Origin: Bugula neritina
Taxonomy: Eukaryota > Animalia > Bryozoa
Assembly: GCA_964035545.1 (NCBI GenBank)
Contig: OZ037768.1
Location: 19,823,700 to 19,887,699, forward strand
DNA: 64,000 nt
Reading direction: 5' to 3'
How positions within the stretch are numbered: position 1 is the stretch's first letter; every line of letters starts with the position of its first letter. The notes under the pieces are model-generated. The model was not told the origin of the DNA. It saw only the letters and a list, made by a program, of their open reading frames with translations, and did not search any database. Positions 29,401 through 41,332 of this stretch are shown piece after piece. The position numbers and the translations under genes were made by a program.

Positions 29401-31729
29401 GTAAAATAATCTCTATAATAATCTATAGTACTTTACTATTTTTAGATCAAAAAGTGCAATTTTGATGATACAACTTTATGTGGCTTCACTCAAGAAACCA
29501 ACGACCAATTTGATTGGTCGAGAATTAGCCGTAAAGTATGGAGTAGTGAGACTGGCCCGTCATTTGATCACACGACTGGAAACGGCACAGGTTAGAGGTT
29601 TTCTGTTATTTTCTAATTTCAACGCAAACTATGCCTTTACGTGAAATGCTCAAAGATTTATTAGTATTTCATAAGTTTGCAAGAAGTGCTAGAGATGAGT
29701 AAATTGAATATTACACTCACTTTACTCTAAAGTCACCTACTCAATTGGTGTCGGTGTATAGTCTGGAATATTTGTTTTAATTTTCAATTTCATTAATTGA
29801 ACTTGTTAGTTATCAGTATAAATTATTTGTATTAGTCACTAGTATAACTAGGGACCAATTTTTTTAGTAGTTAGTACAAGTTGCCAGTAACTAAAAGTAA
29901 TATTCATTGTTGCCATATATGCCCTGGCAAGTTATTTCCTATTTTGAAAATTAATTTGACTTACAAATTTATTTACAGGTTTTTACATGTACATCAGAGC
30001 TTCTTACAAGAACAATGGCTCAGTTGCAAGACTTTCCTCTCCAGTCTATGACAGACCTTCATCTGGTGGAGCATGTCTCACCTTCTGGTATCACATGTGG
30101 GGCTCTGGCTCAGATATGGGTAGTCTGAGAGTCATTCTTCACAAGGGGTTCAGAAATTCTCTTGTATTCAGTAAAAGTGGGAACCAGGGCAACCAGTGGC
30201 TCTCTCAAACTATCGATTTGAAGGTTGCTGTTGACTTTCAAATACAGTTTGAAGGTGTGGTGATTCACAACCACACTGACGGACATCTGAACATAGTTTT
30301 GGGAAACATTGCCATAGACGATGTTGTAGTTGATCTCACTGGGTCGTGTTTTGGCTCACCCTCAAACTCGGGGCAAAGTGCAGGTTAGTGCTTTTAGCCT
30401 AAAACGTTAAAACCAGTAGATGTTGACTTATGTTGAAACTCAAGAAATTCTAATTTTTAATTTTACATTACTATAAATTACAAGTTTCTCTGTGCTTATT
30501 TACCAATATGTTTGCCTTAATAACTACATAGTCTTTACAGACTATATAATACACGTGTATCTTGTACAGATATCAAGTTGGATGACTTCAACATTACCAC
30601 CAAGTACTGCAACACAGTGCAAGATGGCAAGTTCCAATAAACGATTATTAATTGTATTAAATTGATATACTCGGTTGTATTGCAGGACCCACAGCTAAAG
30701 GAATGAATGGAGGTGTAGTGGCTGCTACTGTAGTCTCCATACTTGTTGTGCTGATTCTAGTGGCTGTCGGTCTAGCTGTCATTTATATGAGAAGAAAGTA
30801 AGTAGGAGCTCATGTCATAGCTTGAGAGCATGAGACAATGTGGGGGGGGGGTTGGGATCCTGACACAATTACTGAGAGAGGAAAACATTTGTATACTGTA
30901 ACTTCCTTCTAAAACCATTCAGCAGTTGTTTATTAAATTATTTAACTTTAGAAACATATTTTAATGCATTTTTTTGGTGCCAGTATTATCTTATCACATA
31001 GTTTTATTTGTGGGTTTATTCAGCCGTAAGCTTTTCACTTTGTGTTCATATAGCCACAGCAGTTATGTCATAGTATCTGCTTACTCACAAAAATTGGTCT
31101 TCACACATCTTATAATCACAACTATTTAATATTTAAAAGTTTACGGGTTGATTGCAGTTTTACAAAAAAATTCAGTAGAAATTTCTATGCGAAATGAGTT
31201 ATTTATAATCAGGTTTTAGCAATTTCTGCATGTGCTTTGTATTTCATAGCTTTATATAAGAGAACTGTATTTGGAGTTAAGTATGCTATTGGCAGGTGTT
31301 AAACATGTTCGATTCTAGCTCCTATATTGTCTAAATTGCCATGGTTATTATGGACTTCATTTGTATGAGCCATAAACCTGATATATAACAAACAGAATTC
31401 AAAAACTGACAAAGTAGTGTTCAGCAGTATTTAGCCTGCATTGTGTGTCTTTAAGCATTTTTATATTATTTTAGTTCTACAATGATTCGTTTAACTGGAG
31501 AAATGCATATTTTTGCAGGCAAATCTGGATTTTTGCTCCTGGAACTAAAATGTCTGTGATATTCTCAAGGACTTCATCTGAAGAGACTGGATATATCTAC
31601 GACAAGTTCAACAATGATGGAGTAGATGAAACTTCCGTACAACCTACACTGGTTATCAATGGCTTCGGCCAAGATAGTAAATCTAATGGCGTGTTTAACC
31701 CAACATACAGCCTAGAGGCTGAAGCATAA
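14409..31729 (+). CDS. Single-pass membrane protein with six MAM domains, S/T/P-rich linkers and a cytoplasmic NPxY motif (MAMDC/MALRD1-like, no LDLa repeats)
   Basis: Exons: 14409-14463 (signal peptide MQQLRGILILLLALPHLT), 14756-14938, 16502-16708, 17026-17208 (MAM1), 18106-18315, 18664-18849, 19777-19920 (MAM2), 20713-20925, 21551-21745, 23751-23933 (MAM3), 24367-24527 (mucin-like), 24678-24816, 25188-25693 (MAM4), 26479-26623, 28593-29143 (MAM5), 29446-29590, 29979-30383 (MAM6), possible 30570-30626, 30686-30797 (TM helix VVAATVVSILVVLILVAVGLAVIY-MRRK), 31519-31729 (tail ending GVFNPTYSLEAEA*). Recurrent MAM motifs CxF(D/N), TGPxxDHT, CLxFWYHMxG, GNQGNQW, GDIAIDD. All junctions are phase-compatible. 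Confidence 0.9.
17258..17456 (+). mobile_element. tRNA-derived SINE, same family
   Basis: TGGTCTAGGGGTTA...GCCATTGGTGATGTTAAGAAGAGCATCCAGTCATAATTGCTCC...CTTGCGTGAGTTTT. Confidence 0.85.
19228..19765. repeat. 21-bp minisatellite interrupted by a MITE
   Basis: GAGATACATACTATATAGTC(C/T) x5, then the MITE, then about 2 degenerate units. Confidence 0.85.
19335..19717. mobile_element. PIF/Harbinger-type MITE inserted in a 21-bp minisatellite
   Basis: TIRs AGGCCTGGCCACATACTCGTGAGAAT / ATTCTCACGAGTGTGTGGCCAGGCCT with a TAA target duplication. Confidence 0.85.
20070..20320. repeat. About 21-bp minisatellite
   Basis: Repeated ACTGTCATTGTATTATATATT variants. Confidence 0.85.
22340..23735. repeat. Long homogeneous 26-bp minisatellite (about 53 units)
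   Basis: TATACTATATCTAATAGTCTATCACT repeated head-to-tail for about 1.4 kb, ending about 15 nt before the acceptor at 23750. Confidence 0.97.
27489..27700 (-). mobile_element. tRNA-derived SINE (MetaSINE-like), full length
   Basis: Box A-like TGGTTTAGGGG, box B GGTTCGAGCCC, core GTTAGGAAGAGCATCCAGTCATAATTGC. Perfect 17-bp TSD TAATGCTCAATAGAAAA at 27472-27488 and 27701-27717. Confidence 0.9.
27752..28540. mobile_element. Non-autonomous DNA transposon with CAC...GTG termini (CMC/Chapaev-like, tentative)
   Basis: About 36-bp TIR CAC(C/G)GGCTTTCCATGTACCGATCTCAGATCGATCTC at both ends, AAT on both flanks, many subterminal GATCGATC and CATGGAAA motifs, no transposase ORF. Confidence 0.85.
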
Positions 31730-34384
31730 TCTCTAATTTCCTGAGCACAAAATGCTATATTTTCTATTGTTGTTAAATGGAAACATATGCTTGGATTATA
31801 CGAATATTTAATATGGTGATGAACCTGCACAGCGAAACTAAGAAGCCGGGTTACTACTTCTACCGATTCCAGATTGCATACGCTATTTCCTGTCAGAATT
31901 ATGTCAACAACAACTTGGGTTTCCAAGTTATTCGTTTTCCTCTCCTATGCTGTATTGGCTGGATATTCGAAATTGTACATGATCCTGATTGGCCCAATTT
32001 TACATGGTTTCCATGCCATCCCTTTACTACCCTCCCGATGTATTAGTTAAACTACTGTGATGAATTGCTCCTATATTATGTACACACTCTATTTACTACA
32101 CAGTTACAAAATAACCAGACTTTGTTAGTGTGAAGTATAAAAGTACATGGTTATGGTGGCTCACAGGTCTGGTAACTACACTTCTGTAGGCTTCAGCCAT
32201 TTGACTCTGTTCTTCACTGCCTTATGTAGCTAACAATACACTGTAATACTATGGGCTGCGTTCCATGCCTCGCTATTCGTTATTAAATTGTTTTGGTTTT
32301 GTTACTTAGTTACATGTAAATTATATATTATTTTATTATGCGAATTTATACAATCACTTATGTCAGAGTTAAATGAATTTGTTCATATTTGAAGACTGCA
32401 AATGGTCACGAATTGTGTTCCCACATAGCACAAAAAATTATATTCTATTTTGATGATGCAATTATATGTGTTTTTTAAAACTTCCTAAGCATATCCAAGT
32501 GAAAATAAATATTTTTACAGATAAAACATTACATTACACAATTCTCATTATAATTCATTTATGCTCTGTTATATATTTATAGGATTCATAATCAACATGA
32601 ATTTCTTTTCTATGTTCTACATTTCATATCTGTCACTAAGTACTTTTATACCTCTATAAAGCCTGAGGTTTTACATAACATGAATCTTATGAGAGAGGAA
32701 AACCCAAGCAAGATATGAGTGTGATGTGACAACAGATAATACCATTTTCAGACACTTGTGCCTTTCTATTTTTAGAATATGTTTTGCAGTGTGTCTTTAT
32801 AGTAACACAAAAACACACTAAGTGATTGCAGATCTTTAAAATCTCTACAGTTGTAAATATGAGAAGTTCTTACAAAAATTTGAAAATGAACACGTATATA
32901 TTATTTAAACAACAGTGCAGACTTCATCACTATCATATCATACACACTGCCCAAGACTGCAAAATATGTACAGGTACTGTGGTAAAAAAAACAAGATATA
33001 CAATACAAGCTATATAAGTAATCATAAAACTTAAGGTGAAATTGTAAAAATAATATAAGTACAAAGTGCACAGTACATGGTATTGGTATGAGTATATAGG
33101 TCAAGAAAGTGGTTGTTAAAATTTTAGGAATGTTAAACTTTAGATACATACATTTGATAACATTGACTCAATAATATGAGTACTTATAGCTGTAATGATC
33201 AGTTTAAAAATAAAAATATATCAACGTTAGCTTTGGGGTGGGCAACAGAGCACCAACTTTTTAAGTAAATCTCTCAAGTTTCAAGTCTAAATTAAAGTAT
33301 TTACAAAACATTTGAAGCTCAAATTGACAATCTAAGAACATGCATTAAACCAGTATTTAATTTTTTTTAAACTTAAAAATATACTGATTCACATGTATTT
33401 TAAAATTGAACCAAAGCACCATTATACAAAACAACAGTCTCCATGTAGAATTTACTTGGAATATTGAAATTTAAAACACAATAATTACATCCAAACAATA
33501 TGTGAGGTTCTTTACTAATTTTTGGATTTGAGCAACAGATAAACACTTTGGCAAACATCCCTAATAGCTCTGCCATAACTTTATTCTTAGTATTTTGACA
33601 ACAGCTATCAAGTTTCAGCCTTAACAATAAGAATCAATACTGCTGCACCTCCGTATAAAACTTTACTCACACTGCTAAATATCTATTTATTACAACTTAA
33701 AATATGAAAGTAATTGTAAAAACAAAACGGTCCATATAAAGTATTTGCAATATCACAATTACTTTCCATATTCTAAGTTACAATAAATAAATATGGCCCA
33801 TTTTGAAAATAAAAAAATGGGCCAAATCTTTCAAATCTGCAAAGATATTTTTACATAATTATTGCGATCGAGTTTAAATTAAAATTTTTATTTCTACTAC
33901 CACTAGTAACTAAACTAATTGTACTTACTAAGCAGATAGTTATAAAAATATTATAAAATCTAGAAATCTAATGAAATCTGGTGCTAACTTGGTATTGAAA
34001 AATTCGATATGAATTCGTAATTGTGATCTAAAAAGCAGAAATACATTTCGTGATTGTGAGACTTGTACATAATGATTACAAAGGTCAACGTTATCAAATC
34101 AGTTTAATCCAAACCTTCATCATATGCAAGAAAAACTACAAGTTTGCTTATTTTTAGTGCCCAGTTCTATACCATGACTCATGGAAAATCCAGCAGAGCA
34201 AGCGGAAAATCCAACTTTTTGGATATGACCTCTTGACCGTCAGCTAAAACACCTATGCCACTTGATTTCGAAAGAATTGACAATTAGCACAATTTCACTA
34301 CTGGCTGTAATGTATTTCTAGCCCCAGTTCCTTGATTAAACAACAACTAGACAACTCTGATTAATAAATTAAGTGTCATGGTAG

Positions 34385-37300
34385 TCACCCAAAGATGATT
34401 TGCATCCGAAACAAGCATTTTTGACAGGATTGACCATAAAAATATTTACACCTTCGCTTGCCCTCGTGAACTCTAATGTTGAAATGTTCATCAATTAAGT
34501 CACTCTCAAGGCATTTGATGAGAGTTTCTTCGTCTGCAATGCTTTCCCAAGGCCCTGCAACAGCATATAACAGCTGAAAGAATATTGCTAAGGATAGAGT
34601 TTGCAGCATTTCAGTTTTCTGTATTTAATGTATTACAGATGAACATGAGCGTTCAAATTCTAAGGTTATAATCGACATCATGAAAAATAAAACAACTACA
34701 CACAGTTGCCTGTTATCTAATCTAATAACAATTAAGGTTCTTTTTAGTTTACTTAAAATGTCATGATATGGGAAATGAGTAAGCTAAGAAGTAGCCAATC
34801 ACAGGTTGACAGCTGGCAGCTTGCAGGCACCAAGCAAAAGAAAGTTTGGTAAAGTTTATAAACAAAGAATATAACTGACTACAAGCAAGAGTACATTTGC
34901 TAAATATTTATGACTAGGTGTGCTGCAATGTTACGACACACTGAGCTATGAAATACCCACTAGAATATAGATAGTATAACCTGGTAGTTGAATGACAATA
35001 GTTGGTATATACAAGTATTTTAATATATGCAACTATGAGAACAGCTCTGAGCAGTGGAATTGATCATGACCTTCACTAATGAAATAATGAAATTAAATTC
35101 AATGTGAACTACACAACATTAAATTTGTTGGAAGTACAAGTTCTGGTTGAAAGTTTTGAAATTTCAATTATTATTATGTTGAGCCTTGGCAGGTGCTCTT
35201 TTCTAGTTCATACTCAGACAGCACTAGGCAGGTGCTCTTTTCTAGTTAATACTCAGACAGCACTAGGCAGGTGTTGTTTGCCATCTATTTAACAACTATG
35301 AGTTGAACTGCAAAAAGGTTACAACTAATTTAATTTATAAATAAACTTATGAACTGTCTTATTGGGAGAACAACTCCAAAATTCAAAGCCAGTTTACTAA
35401 ACTAGTAGTTAGGTGGCTTTTGTGCAGAAAAATATTTGTTTTATGTATTAAAGGTGTGTAGACTACTGCTCATGTATGTACACTTACAGTGGTCTAGTAA
35501 ATATACTTACCTATACTTACAGTGCTCTAATAAATATACTCACCTATACTTATATGTGCCTGGTCAGCAGAGCAGTGGTGATTGACGTTGAAGTTAGGAG
35601 ATTTAGGAACAAACTCTGTGCGGAATGCGTAGATCAACACTTCACCAGTTTTAGATACTGTGGCATTTTCCATAGCAATCTGTATAATCCTTTTTTTATT
35701 CTGAAATAGCAACAGTTTGCTTTTTAATTTATTTATTTTTATATTTTGTATCTTAAAAATTGAAAGAATTTGACATTCAGACACCAAATAGAAACAAATT
35801 AAAGAGCATGGCACATGCACCATTGACTTGGGTTTCTAATGTAAAAAGTAAAGGAAATTCTGCAATAAGCGAATTTCATTCAACTTTTATAAACTGAAAT
35901 TCATTGGGAGTTGCCTTACCATGATTAATCACTTGCATCTTATGAAAGTGACTAACCAAATTATGTATTGAAGCAAAAGCGCCAGAAAGGAGTAAAAAAC
36001 TTTCTGCTAGCCATGTCCTTATTGAAAGGGCAATGCACAATGGAAGTAGTGCTTTCTGCTTGGCACAAGCTATGCATAATGTTTGCACATTGTATTGCTA
36101 AATCCTTAAATGATAGTAAACTTTTCCGTCTTTCAATTTCATCTTAGTACATGTGACCTTCAGTTCCTCAACTCGTTGCTAATGATATCTACCAGCTATT
36201 GCTGTTCATATTACAGCTGCAGAGAGGTTACAAGGAAAGAGGTAAATGTAGGTCATACCTCCTGGTAGTCAGGGAACTGAGATCTGTGATTATCCTTGAC
36301 AATGAGAGCGGATATGGAAGGTACGACAGCCATTCTATCCTCCAGTTCCTCTAGACCGTAGTATCTCGCCTCCATCAGAACACCCACAGCGTACTCATTA
36401 GGCGGCAGAGTTTCAGTCCTGTAGAAGACCAACTGATGTACTTAGAACCGAGCTCAGCACTACTGCATACAATATAATCATGAGTTGTCTGCCGTGGTCT
36501 AGGGTTCAGAGTGTTTGCTTAGTAAGCATGAAGTCATGGGCATTCAACTATAAGGGTTACAGTATAAGTTCAGTGGTCATGGGTTCGAACCCTGACAAAG
36601 GCCATTGGTGATGTTAGGAAGAACATCTAGTCATAATTGCTCCTGTGCCTCATCTGAACAAGTCGTTAGTCCTATTTAACAAAAAACCTCTTCCATCAGG
36701 GGTTTCTCACAGGGATGGTGAGTATAAACTTGCGTGAGTTACATGAGCTGTCCATTGAGGGTATACTGATAAACAAAATTGAGCCAAAAAAAACTTTTAA
36801 CACAAATTGTTTTCTGACAATTGTATGCATTTTCATGAAATGCCTTATTTGAGAATTCAGTACATCTGTACTTGAAAATATTAAACTTGCCTAGACGAGT
36901 TTGAGCACTAAATGATATCTGAACAGAAACCTTGCGAGAAAGAAGTAAACATTTACCGTAAGAACTCCAGGATATACCCAAAGTATGTGCCGTTTCTATC
37001 AATGAAAGATGCACCTCTACTGTCAACCTGCATTTCATGACGACCGCTAAACATAGCAGCGAGCATGGAGTTTTGATACTTAAGCAGAGTGGACCGGAGT
37101 GTGGTGAAATAGACTCCGCCTACATTTAGTGACACTACTGAAGACACCTGCAAGCAACGAGCATTTGGCAATAACAGCTGTAAAAGAGACACTTTGAAAA
37201 CGTTTAGGAGAAAATAAATTTCACATTTAAATTTTCAACCAACAATTTTTATGAAAAACAGTACAATTATTAAATGAGGTTGAAAAATGAGTTAAATAAG

Positions 37301-37579
37301 AAATTGGTGACTAAAACATACCTTATTGCTTTGTCTGTTGGACTTTGTGCGATCAAAGAATGTAGGACTATCATCAGAAACTGCCGAAGGGTGATTAGGA
37401 TATGATTTCAACACACGCTGTGGAACAGAGTTACTCCTTCCATGATTCTGATTGGACGACTGCTGATGGCCGACATGGGATATGCCAACATTATTTGATG
37501 ACTTTAGAGATACTCGAGATATGTCTGGGATAGGATCTGCTTTGTCAAGGAGGTCTTCCTCCACATCGTATAGTTCCAT
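34385..37579 (-). CDS. BTB/POZ (T1) domain protein, KCTD7/KCTD14-like
   Basis: Exons 37579-37322, 37147-36957, 36418-36259, 35700-35544, 34554-34385. BTB core VSLNVGGVYFTTLRSTLLKYQNSMLAAMFSGR...FIDRNGTYFGYILEFLR...EARYYGLEEL. C-terminal GPW...LIKCLESDL resembles KCTD7/14. Confidence 0.88.
36490..36741 (+). mobile_element. tRNA-derived SINE, same family, with a 35-bp internal insertion
   Basis: Family consensus from GCCGTGGTCTAGGG to CTTGCGTGAGTT; imperfect TSD CATGAG(T/C)TGTC. Confidence 0.85.
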
Positions 37580-39198
37580 AGTCTATTCTTTACCTAGACA
37601 TCATTGAATGTACAGAGCCAGATTAGCCTTTGAGACTACGTGGTTTTCCAGTAAGAAGGGACATTGAATAACTTAAAAAATTTAGGCACATAAGGACAGT
37701 CTACTGAAAGTGAATGTTACTATCCATCATTGACTGAATTAATCATAAGGCATCTCGTAGTATGATAACCATATGAGTAACACCAGTTTTAATAATGTTA
37801 CTCAGTATGAGTATCTGAATTGCCATTAACTTTGATAACTATACTAACTCTAAGCATAGCATAATACTTACAGTTGTACAATTTGAAAATAGTACTTGCA
37901 CAAATATCTAGTTAACAGTTACAGTAATTTGTGATTAGTAATAGTTGAATAGTTTAAAAGGGAACCATTAGAAGCAGCACAAAGTTGGAGAGGCATCAAG
38001 TGTAATGTTCACATAGTCATTCTATTAATGCCAAAGTACAAAACTACGAACTCAAATTTTGTGCTGCTTTAAGCGATTTCTAAAAAATGCAGTTTGTTAT
38101 TGACCTTGGTAGATTATTTTAGCTCAATATAATTTATAGACACAAAAAATAGATGACTGACTAGTGTTTACCCGTAAAATCATGAATCCAAAGCAATGGT
38201 GGAACTCAGTCTGCCCTAAGTTGTGGATACAATACAAAATATACAAATACAATTTGATAATGAATATTAGTATAACATTTAGTTTTACTATAAGTATATC
38301 TATATTACTAATAATATGAATAATAGACATACTCATTAAGTTGCATATATACTAGTACTAGTAATCACCGTTACTAACTCTAAGTAAATTAGAGTTGGTA
38401 GCTAGCTTATTAAATTACTGTTAGCTTAGAGTTAGACTAAAATTAATCTGTAAATCATTGTCATTATGATTATGATTATCATTGTGATTATGATAGTCAT
38501 AAAATTAAACTTGAAATGATTGTGAGAAAATTTAAATTTAAGTTAGCAACTGTAATACTTTACTTTAATACAATAATAGATTAATTTTAATAGCATTATC
38601 ATTATGAGTTTACTATTAGTATTATCGTAATTTTATTATTATGATTATCATTGTAAGTATAACTGTGGTCTATGAGTATGACTATTAGTATTACTATTAG
38701 AATTAGTATTAGTACTACTCAATCAGTAATTAAGTATAAGCATACATTTATTAACTTTTAAGTATCTGTTAACCCTTAGTCTTATGACTTATCGGAGGCA
38801 TATAGTAATAGTTGTGCTTGTACTTGTAGTATTAGTTATACTAATTTACTAACTAATACTTCTGTTTTCTAGTAAGAATTCATAGTTATACTAATACTAA
38901 TAATTTGGTGGTGTATAACTTGCCAACATGTTAATTAATACTATGTTGCATAATATTCTAGAGAAATACAGAAGCTACTACCAACTACATTGGAAACTAT
39001 TCTCGTTATAAGAAGTTGAATAAAGCATGAGGGTATGCAGCACATACACTTAAGTTGATGTATTTACTTTTATCATGGCTATTTTTAGGTTCTAACAGTT
39101 GTGTAACTGTATGATTTTTTGACCCCAAAATTTTAAACCGTTCCAGTTAAAAAGTTGATTTGAGAAATATATCTTGTACTGTATCATATGTTATGGTA

Positions 39199-39416
39199 GG
39201 GAGAAGCTGTGGTCTAGGGGTTAGAGCATTTGTCTAGTAAGCACGAAGTCATGGGTTCGAACCCTGACAAGGACCATTGGTGATGTTAGGAAGAACATCC
39301 AGTCATAATTGCTTTTGTGCCCCATATGAATAAGTCCTTAGCCCGATTAAACAAAAACCCTTTCCATCAGAGATTTTCTCACAAGGATGGTGACTATAAA
39401 CTTGCGTGAGTTTTTT
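39199..39416 (+). mobile_element. tRNA-derived SINE (MetaSINE-like), full length
   Basis: Same family; box B GGTTCGAACCC. Perfect 19-bp TSD TGTATCATATGTTATGGTA at 39180-39198 and 39417-39435. Confidence 0.9.
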
Positions 39417-39537
39417 TGTATCATATGTTATGGTATATGTATGCTCTCATTGTCAGCTAAGATTTATAGTGAAAATGCTGTGTGTATTACAGAGGCGAAA
39501 GAGACATGTAGATAATGGTCATTTGCTAGCATTCAGT

Positions 39538-41332
39538 ATGTTATATGCTGCTGACCAGCTGCCTCATGACAAGCTGTTCACCAGGCAGCCGTCATTCATT
39601 CCAAGGCAGGATATATACATATCGAAGAGTATGTTGAGTGATATCAAAATGAGAGGTTAGTTTTGATAAAAAAATATGACAGTTGCAATACTGCATAATT
39701 GTTTGTTTGGCGAGTTATATAATTTGGCTTGAAGAAATAATTTGGAATTCAAGACCTTTTGGTGAAATAAAGTTTATCTCGACTTGTTCTATAGACCTGT
39801 ACTTTAAAGACTGGTAGCCTCATTGGGAGTAAATTCTTTCATTTTTAAACTTGAGACTTTATTGCATAATCACTCATGTACTTTATTCCTGTTTCTTTTA
39901 GTGAAATTAGTTATTAACCAGGCTCAAAATGGTGGCTCACTTGTTGAGAAAAGAATGGGACCTGACGCAAGGATGTTGGCAGATGATCAAAGTTCTACAC
40001 TTGATACTTGTAGACCTGCAGAGAAAATTTCTCGTGTATCTAGAGCACGGAGTCTACACACAGCTACCTCAGTACCTCCAGCCTCCACTTCGAGTAGACC
40101 TCAAGCTACCCTTTCACATACAGTTAATACTGCTAATCCAGTCACTAATAGAACTGCAGTTAATACTAATAGTCTAGTCACTAATAGAACTACAGGTAAT
40201 ACTGCTAGTACAGTCACTGATAGAACTGTAGTTACAACTGATAGTACAGTCACTGATAGAACTGTAGTTACTACTGGTAGTGCAATCAATACAGTTAGTG
40301 TTCTTAGTACAGTGACTGATAAACACACAGTTATTTCTACTAAGTCAGTGACTAATAAAAGCGCAGTCACTACTGATAGTGAAATGACGGATATAAGAGA
40401 AATTGCTACTGATCAGAAAGCCAGTACTGCAAGAAAGGCGACTGCTACTAATCCAGTTCCTATCTCAGCTGCAAATGGCGCTGACATGACCTTGAACTTG
40501 AGTGCAGGTTTTCTTGGCCGTGAAAATTTACACCCGACCGTCCGCCGACTAAGGGACAAAGTTAGAGAATTGAAACAGCAAGCTCTGTGTCTTGAACAAT
40601 CTCAGGCCATCAAATGCATGCTGCAGACGGAAAGTGTGAAACTGCCAAATCACCAGCTTCAGGGCGATGAACGAGAAATTGTAGTAAACAAATGCGTCTG
40701 CGACTTCCACGAGCAGCACCGGACTGAGGCAGTGCCTTGTGTAGTACTGCTGAGTACCCGGTTGAGGAAAGACAACTCCACTGAGATGATGCAACATCAC
40801 AAGCACTGCAGTGCAAACTTATGTAAGTATGATCTAGTAGGCTCTGTCAGATCTGATATGATAATGGTAGCATAAATGTTGTTCATAAACTTATACAGTG
40901 CTCCTTGTGTATCTCACTCTGCTACAGGTCCTGAAACCTCGATTTCACTATTTTGTCCCCATACACACATACATAGGCCACAAAACTGGGTTCAAGCTCT
41001 TACCATAGCCTATGGATTTTCTGAGAAATGGAAACATGAGCTATGGAGGGAGCACTGTAAATTAATAAACTGTGTGCATATTCTATGTTACATTAAGCTC
41101 TGTGTTAAGATAGGTGCTGTTTGCAGATAAGCATTGTCTTACTTGAGTTTTACCTTATCCGAAAATTTATTTTGCTGAAAAACTAAAAACACAAGTTCTG
41201 TTTTTCTTTTAAACTAAGTTTGAACACTTTTCTGCTGATTATATTCAGATTTTAGTATAAACTGTGCATTGCACTTGTGTGTGTAAGTCAACATATGATT
41301 ATGTACTGTTTATTGTAGGCATAGGCTGTTAA
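39538..41332 (+). CDS. Uncharacterised protein with Thr-rich 12-aa repeats, a coiled coil and a Cys/His-rich C-terminus
   Basis: 350-codon ORF 39823-40875 containing an acceptor at 39901 and a donor after 40822. Phase-compatible upstream exon (ATG 39538, donor after 39655). Candidate last exon 41319-41332; an alternative acceptor at 40928 is also in phase. No recognisable family. Confidence 0.55.

Noticed and set aside
14409-31729. Assignment as MALRD1, MAMDC4 or zonadhesin
   Set aside because: No LDLa, EGF or VWD modules were found between the MAM domains, so no symbol is given.
39199-39280. Functional tRNA genes at GGTTCGA motifs
   Set aside because: These are SINE heads followed by a shared core and flanked by TSDs; no complete cloverleaf.
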